Shown in pieces: positions 27,593-32,000 of a stretch of DNA of 32,000 bases. Positions within the stretch are counted from its first letter, which is position 1, and every line of letters starts with the position of its first letter. This stretch comes from Roseiflexus castenholzii DSM 13941 (GTDB lineage Bacteria > Chloroflexota > Chloroflexia > Chloroflexales > Roseiflexaceae). The stretch covers positions 5,444,368-5,476,367 of the forward strand of contig NC_009767.1 in assembly GCF_000017805.1 (NCBI RefSeq), written 5' to 3'. The notes under the pieces were generated by a model. It was not told where the DNA came from and did no database searches. It saw only the letters and a program-made list of their open reading frames with translations. The translations under genes were made by a program, and so were the position numbers.

Positions 27593-28194
27593 CAGAAGTT
27601 TTGCAGGGAAGCCCAGGAGAAGTCATTATCAGGAAAGTTTGGTCGCCAATGTGAATTGCGCACATAGGCTTCTACATCCTCTTTTTTACACCATTTTGGC
27701 CGCTTCTTAATCTTCACAAGCCCAAAGTCTTTGTGATGAGGCTGATTCTGCCTATTCTGCTGATCCGACGGCTTAAACACCGTCTTGCCGCCTATCGCTC
27801 CATACTCGGCAATCAGGCGCAGGGTGGCGTCGAGCAGGCACCACTCCTCGTCCCGAATGGGTCGCAGGGGGATGAAGCGCAAGATGAAGGTGTGATTTGC
27901 CTTGATCTGGTTCTGAATGACCTGACCATTATCGTCCAGAATCATGAGCCGGAACTTGCGCGCCCAGCCGGTGCAGCCGAAGAGTTCGCAGACCACGCAG
28001 TGCCGACCGTCCTTGTCCGGGCAGCGCACATCCGACGTGGGATCGCACGCCTGGCCGCCGAGACCGCGCACCAGCACCTCAAACCACCAGCGCAGCGATC
28101 CCATGATGCCGGTGGGAATGAGGCGGTCGGGTTTCCCTGCTGCGTCTCCGGTCCAGATGTCGGTGTGGGCTTCGAGCTTCCATTTTTTCCCCAT
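27535..28194 (-). CDS. Orphan RAMP-superfamily protein (Cmr1/Cas7-like)
   Basis: WKLEAHTDIWTGDAAGKPDRLIPTGIMGSLRWWFEVLVRGLGG resembles the Cmr1 N-terminal signature (compare P. furiosus SIKGAMRWWFRAL). Cys cluster CDP..CPDKDGRHCVVCELFGCTGWARKF. Gly-rich loop YGAIGGKT. No other cas genes or CRISPR array in the window. Confidence 0.62.
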   Translation of the reverse strand: MGKKWKLEAHTDIWTGDAAGKPDRLIPTGIMGSLRWWFEVLVRGLGGQACDPTSDVRCPDKDGRHCVVCELFGCTGWARKFRLMILDDNGQVIQNQIKANHTFILRFIPLRPIRDEEWCLLDATLRLIAEYGAIGGKTVFKPSDQQNRQNQPHHKDFGLVKIKKRPKWCKKEDVEAYVRNSHWRPNFPDNDFSWASLQNFWCVNGRYLARISVPVSTCL

Positions 28195-28237
28195 TGCAGC
28201 ATCCTTGTAGTAGAATTCTTAATAGTGTGCTCGATAG

Positions 28238-28266
28238 TATACTCCACAGCGTTTGCTTTGTGTCAA
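28238..28266 (-). promoter_or_regulatory. Candidate sigma70-type promoter for the RAMP ORF
   Basis: Minus strand reads TTGACA-N19-TATACT in the AT-rich spacer. AAGGA lies 8 nt upstream of ATG 28194. The spacing is longer than optimal. Confidence 0.25.
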
Positions 28267-28315
28267 AAATAAATGAACCGGATGGCACTTCTTGCAGAAA
28301 CCGACCGTTTGGCAC

Positions 28316-28618
28316 CTATGTCCGTTTGGGTTTTTGGTCTATCAGGTTGAAATCGGCGATTACTGCTCGAATGCGATGGTCGCCGGCAGTTGCATCCAAC
28401 CGGTCCCGGAGCAAGGTTGAGGCAGCGCGATGACGAACAACGCTGTTCTCAGGGGAGGGGGTTGTCACTTCGCCGAGCAGGCGCTTACGCACGGCATCCG
28501 CATATGCCGGCAAAACCCTGGCCTGTTCTCGACGTTCCGTTAGCAGCGGCACAAACGAATTCGGCGGAAGACCATCTGGGATGCGTTTGGCTCGTCTGAG
28601 TCGTTTTAGTGGTCGCAC
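28316..28618 (-). CDS. Hypothetical small ORF (coding status uncertain)
   Basis: 100-aa ORF with a non-ATG start in the track and no motif I recognise. Co-directional with its neighbours. Confidence 0.3.
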   Translation of the reverse strand: MRPLKRLRRAKRIPDGLPPNSFVPLLTERREQARVLPAYADAVRKRLLGEVTTPSPENSVVRHRAASTLLRDRLDATAGDHRIRAVIADFNLIDQKPKRT

Positions 28619-28820
28619 GGTGTATGAACTTAATTTTCAGGAATAACGTCGTTGCTCATTATTATACCAATCCCACTGAACCATACTGTAACCACGACAG
28701 AGAGCGTTGCGCTCGATCTGCCGGTCGGCGCGGTAGGTGACGGCATGCGGCAGCAGCGCCGCACACCATCACCGATAGACACCTACCAACAGCGGGACAG
28801 GTAGGGTGTTATGGTCGTTT

Positions 28821-28921
28821 ACAGTTCTCGATCACTTTGTCCATCTTACACGCACTGTGTGCTCTGCGTCTGATTGTCTGCTTTGGGTAGTTCACAGTTC
28901 TCGATCACCTTGTCCATCTTA
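28821..28921. repeat. 28-bp direct duplication spanning the 3' end of the 28846-29466 ORF
   Basis: ACAGTTCTCGATCAC(T/C)TTGTCCATCTTA at 28821-28848 and 28894-28921 (1 mismatch, 73-bp offset). It encodes KMDKVIENC in the upstream copy. Confidence 0.85.
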
Positions 28922-29466
28922 CGCCTCAGATTGTTCCATATTGGAGCGTTCCAATCAGCCTGTCGTAGTTCTTCGCAGTAAGCCTCTAGCGCCTTCTGCA
29001 ATTCTCGGTGAAATGCTGTGGCGTTGATTATATTTTGCTCAGGATCGTACAGCGGACCTTTCCGCCGGATCCTCCAGCCGTTTGTGGTCTCGGCCTGGTG
29101 CAAAATACCGCAGCGCACTCCCGTGTAAAAGTCTTCCGCCTTGTTGCTGAATTCTCCTAATGCCAAATTGTTTCTTGAACATCGTTGGAAAAATTTACAA
29201 AAAGCTTTCTTGCTTTTTCTTGTAGTATCCTCCCAACCTTGCCAAAAAGATTCGAGGGCTTCGATCATCAAGCAGCAGATGGCCATTGTGCAGAACCCGT
29301 GTTTTTGTTCCTTATCGGTAGACTCGATAGGAGTAATATAGCGCTCTGTGAAGCGTTCCAGGATAAAATTGGCAATACCCTCGCGATCTTGCGCTTTTTC
29401 AAGTTCGCAATACTTCTTAACTTTTACGCTACTCGACAGCAAGACCTCGTCAATATTGGTGTTCAT
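28846..29466 (-). CDS. Hypothetical helical protein with an Rx4H motif (possible HEPN-like)
   Basis: 206 aa from ATG 29466, with AAAGGAG SD 8 nt upstream. AT-rich codons unlike the host genes. Motif FYTGVRCGILHQAET (R118-x4-H123). Confidence 0.7.
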   Translation of the reverse strand: MNTNIDEVLLSSSVKVKKYCELEKAQDREGIANFILERFTERYITPIESTDKEQKHGFCTMAICCLMIEALESFWQGWEDTTRKSKKAFCKFFQRCSRNNLALGEFSNKAEDFYTGVRCGILHQAETTNGWRIRRKGPLYDPEQNIINATAFHRELQKALEAYCEELRQADWNAPIWNNLRRKMDKVIENCELPKADNQTQSTQCV

Positions 29467-29520
29467 TGTCGTGCTCCTTTCATCGTTTGCGCAAACGGCG
29501 ATCACTGCATATCACCGTAA

Positions 29521-29550
29521 ATTATACTTCATATACGATGCCAATGGCAA
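29521..29550 (-). promoter_or_regulatory. Candidate sigma70-type promoter for the 28846-29466 ORF
   Basis: Minus strand reads TTGCCA-N18-TATAAT, about 55 nt upstream of the ATG. Confidence 0.35.
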
Positions 29551-29907
29551 AAAGGTAACACCGGAGGAGGTGATACGTACTCTACCGTATTATCGTTGTA
29601 GTAGATGGTGTAATCGTCTAGAATAGCAAAAAGGTAAACTTAGAGGGAAATGATACGGTGAGATGAACTGGTGTATGACCACAGCATTTTAGCCTTTGCT
29701 GCGATCCACTGTGATTTGTTGGGAGCACGGACAGCCTGCCCCAACCCCCGGTACCCCGTTGAGCGGAATAAACAGAGAGAGGTGGCGTGGGCGTCCCTCG
29801 CATCCCCGCTGCGTGGGTGCGGTCCAAATAGAAGGTGACGTCCGCTGGTGAGCCGTCGAGCGAACCGCACCACGCGCCGTCCACCGGAGAGTCGCATCTG
29901 ATGCGTG

Positions 29908-30366
29908 TTACGAACCCGCTAATGCTTCAATACTGCGGATGTAGTCGTCCGGTAGCCGATGCTGGCGCGCTCCTGTGATGATCGTCTCAAGATACTCAGT
30001 GCTCGGCTTGAGTGACTCGGCGGCGAGAAACCTCTCCCCGGCCACGTATGTCACTGCATCTAGCTCCTCACCACTGTCAAGTTGAACCCGAATCGCGTGT
30101 CGCTGATAGTGCCCACCCTTCACTCCCTCACACTTGTCCATCTTTTGGAGATCATCATAACTGCACCGGTACACAACACCCCAGACGGTCGCGCCTGCGG
30201 CTGGAACAATGTTCGCCTTACCTGTACCATCTTTTTTGCTGCGCTTGTTGAACACCAGCCGGTACCCGGTGAGCCACGCTACCCGCGCCTCCCTGCTGGA
30301 ACCGATGCGCTCTTCCATCTGTTCCTTCGATAGATTACTGCCGTAGGCAAAGTACCACTGATCCAT
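29908..30366 (-). CDS. Gamma-glutamylcyclotransferase (GGCT/AIG2-like) family protein
   Basis: WYFAYGSNLSKEQMEERI, VWGVVY, MDKCEGVKGGHYQRHAIRV and TYVA align, from my memory, with human GGCT (FLYFAYGSNLLTERI; VWGVVW; LDEQEGVKSGMYVVIEVKV), including the catalytic Glu context. 152 aa from ATG 30366. Confidence 0.85.
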   Translation of the reverse strand: MDQWYFAYGSNLSKEQMEERIGSSREARVAWLTGYRLVFNKRSKKDGTGKANIVPAAGATVWGVVYRCSYDDLQKMDKCEGVKGGHYQRHAIRVQLDSGEELDAVTYVAGERFLAAESLKPSTEYLETIITGARQHRLPDDYIRSIEALAGS

Positions 30367-30402
30367 AGGAAGATCCTTTCGCTCTGTCCTGACGATACTC
30401 CT

Positions 30403-30806
30403 CACGCGGCCTATACCCTGAGCGTTCTTGGCCTCCGCTGCGCCTGTGCGTAAGGGATGCAGCCCTCCCTCACGCGGCCTATACCCTGAGCGTTCTTGGC
30501 CTCCGCTGCGCCTGTGCGTAAGGGATGCAGCCCTCCCTCACGCGGCCTATACCCTGAGCGTTCTTGGCCTCCGCTGCGCCTGTGTGTAAGGGATGCAGCC
30601 CTCCCTCACGCGGCCTATACCCTGAGCGTTCTTGGCCTCCGCTGCGCCTGTGCGTAAGGGATGCAGCCCTCCCTCACGCGGCCTATACCCTGAGCGTTCT
30701 TGGCCTCCGCTGCGCCTGTGCGTAAGGGATGCAGCCCTCCCTCACGCGGCCTATACCCTGAGCGTTCTTGGCCTCCTCTGCGCCTTTGCGTAAGGGATGA
30801 CACTGC
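30403..30806 (-). repeat. Six tandem 68-bp repeats (5 near-identical plus 1 degenerate) immediately upstream of the GGCT gene
   Basis: CACGCGGCC starts at 30403, 30471, 30539, 30607, 30675 and 30743 (period exactly 68). One C>T change in unit 3. Unit 6, distal from the gene, is degenerate. Across each unit junction GCGTAAGGGA-TGCAGCCC-TCCCTCACGC can form a 10-bp stem with 1 mismatch. Since 68 is not a multiple of 3, no consistent reading frame exists. Confidence 0.95.
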
Positions 30807-30983
30807 CGGGGCTAAAGCAGACACCGGTGAACGATTTTGGGAGAGAGAACCATTCGTGAGTACATCTGTTATCTTCCCTATAAACTACTACTGCGTCGAC
30901 TTGACGTGATGACACCGGACTAGAACCCTAGTGACAAGGATGGGCGGGCAGGTTGCGCAGGAGCAAAGGGATCGGGTATCCGG

Positions 30984-31658
30984 TCACTCCTGTTGTGTAC
31001 ATAGTGATTCTAATCGGGTTAACCAATCGTGAAAATGCGGACATTTGTCTCGAATGGTTTCAATCCCGATTTTTTGGACTAGTAACGGACCGTGTAAACG
31101 TTTTTGATAGCCGGGAAAATATTGCCGGATGCGGGCAGCAGGATGGGTGGTGTCGCCGTCGTTGATTTCTTCTGGTGGCAAACCGTTAATATCTCTCTGG
31201 AGATCGGCAAGTTTGGCTTTATACTGAGGCAAGACATCGGCAAGATGTTCCGGTTCGGTCAGAACGAGAGCTTCGAACTCGTGCAAGACAAGAAAGGGCA
31301 AAAATCGCTGGCTTCCGATGTCCATGGCAAATGCATCTTGCAGAGCACGTACCCTTTCGGAGAGTGTACCGGTTGGCAATGTCGATATTCCCGGGAAGTC
31401 ATCTGGTAATCCGTAGTAATCAATCATTGTAGTCACTAATGCCACGTTAGGTGTATTTAGGAGATTACGAAGATCTTTTTTCACCTGCCCGTAGGAAACA
31501 ATGCCTCCTTTAAACGTCTGACCGGATTTGGTTCGTTTGGTCCGGGCTAGCGTAGGAATTACGAAGATGGAGCAGGTTGTGAATAGATGTGGCGCTAACA
31601 CGTCGCGCACGAAAGTCTCCTCGGTTTGCCCTTCCACATAAACAAGCACCTGCTTCAT
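30984..31658 (-). CDS. DUF4276-family protein (TOPRIM-like partner of an ABC-type ATPase)
   Basis: MKQVLVYVEGQTEETFVRDVLAPHL, GGIVSYGQVKKDL, TTMIDYYGLPDDFPG, LVLHEFEALVL and KCPHFHDWL match my recollection of the DUF4276 consensus. ATGA overlap with the upstream ATPase gene. Confidence 0.8.
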   Translation of the reverse strand: MKQVLVYVEGQTEETFVRDVLAPHLFTTCSIFVIPTLARTKRTKSGQTFKGGIVSYGQVKKDLRNLLNTPNVALVTTMIDYYGLPDDFPGISTLPTGTLSERVRALQDAFAMDIGSQRFLPFLVLHEFEALVLTEPEHLADVLPQYKAKLADLQRDINGLPPEEINDGDTTHPAARIRQYFPGYQKRLHGPLLVQKIGIETIRDKCPHFHDWLTRLESLCTQQE

Positions 31659-32000
31659 CGCGCCGGTCGTCCTCTCAGTAGATTCTTTTCCCACAGATCG
31701 CCGAGTCCGTAATCTTCCAGCCAAGATGCCATCTGCTCTTTTTCCAGTCGGCTGAATAGTGTTTCCCCTTGGACACGATCTACGACCAAAATGTCGTCCG
31801 GTTCGAACTGATTAACGAGGGTAACTGACTGCGTGGCTAAGATAATCTGCGTATGTTCCGCCGCACTGCGCACCATGTCGGCCAAGATAGCGATAGCATA
31901 AGGATGTAACCCTAGTTCCGGCTCATCGAGCACGATGGTAGCCGGAAACCGTTCGGGTGGCTGCAAAAAGAGCGTTGCCAGACAGATAAAACGCAGCGTG
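31655..32000 (-). CDS. AAA/ABC-type ATPase (AAA_21-like), C-terminal part only (5' end outside window)
   Basis: Walker B / D-loop region TIVLDEPELGLHP and ILATQS. The frame stays open to the window edge (..TLRFICLATLFLQPPERF). Confidence 0.8.
   Translation of the reverse strand, partial: TLRFICLATLFLQPPERFPATIVLDEPELGLHPYAIAILADMVRSAAEHTQIILATQSVTLVNQFEPDDILVVDRVQGETLFSRLEKEQMASWLEDYGLGDLWEKNLLRGRPAR

Noticed and set aside
29740-29900. GAGCCGT... motif reminiscent of group II intron domain V, and a general check for tRNA, ribozyme or retron-like structure.
   Set aside because: The flanking sequence does not form the 34-nt domain V hairpin. No reverse transcriptase ORF is in the window, and no cloverleaf or T-loop (GTTCGAATC-type) context was found anywhere in the window.
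30403-30806. Possible CRISPR mini-array (68-bp period is compatible with repeat plus spacer; an orphan RAMP gene lies 2 kb away).
   Set aside because: All units are essentially identical along their full 68 bp, so no repeat/spacer distinction exists. This is a plain tandem repeat.

Overview
GC-rich bacterial chromosomal window. Gene content and the repeat families remind me of filamentous Chloroflexota such as Roseiflexus, but I cannot verify that here. Left to right: (i) 1-4715: a CheR-TPR methyltransferase, then a partner-switching set (PP2C/RsbU-like phosphatase, TPR protein, RsbW-like kinase, STAS antagonist). (ii) A secreted-protein gene and a TetR regulator. (iii) A ~2 kb non-coding hyper-repeat: 25 direct copies of a GTAG-flanked 16-nt palindrome interleaved with GAGGCGCG-type octamer runs. 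(iv) A menaquinone cluster menF-menD-menB-menE, punctuated by heptamer (GTTCTCA)n tracts and ACGGAT-rich inverted-repeat elements. (v) An APH-family kinase, a small membrane protein and a short MalT/LuxR-type regulator. (vi) A REP-associated tyrosine transposase (RAYT) gene embedded in arrays of the same palindromes. (vii) GNAT, CPBP protease, a HAMP histidine kinase plus NarL-type regulator, a 1.35 kb palindrome array in the opposite orientation, a receiver-only regulator, a small membrane protein and a TMEM175/DUF1211 channel. (viii) From ~26.9 kb to the window end, a visibly lower-GC, all-minus-strand accessory island. It holds an N-truncated NYN/LOTUS ORF, an orphan Cmr1-like RAMP ORF, two hypothetical ORFs (one with an Rx4H motif), a GGCT-family gene preceded by six tandem 68-bp repeats, and a DUF4276 + ABC-type ATPase pair. 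I saw no rRNA, tRNA or bona fide CRISPR array. The most interesting items are the RAYT/REP-like system, which occupies about 13% of the window, and two loci in the island: the tandem-repeat + GGCT locus with a type III TA-like layout, and the orphan RAMP abutting a NYN remnant. Refined start coordinates were derived by codon arithmetic from the supplied ORF track.
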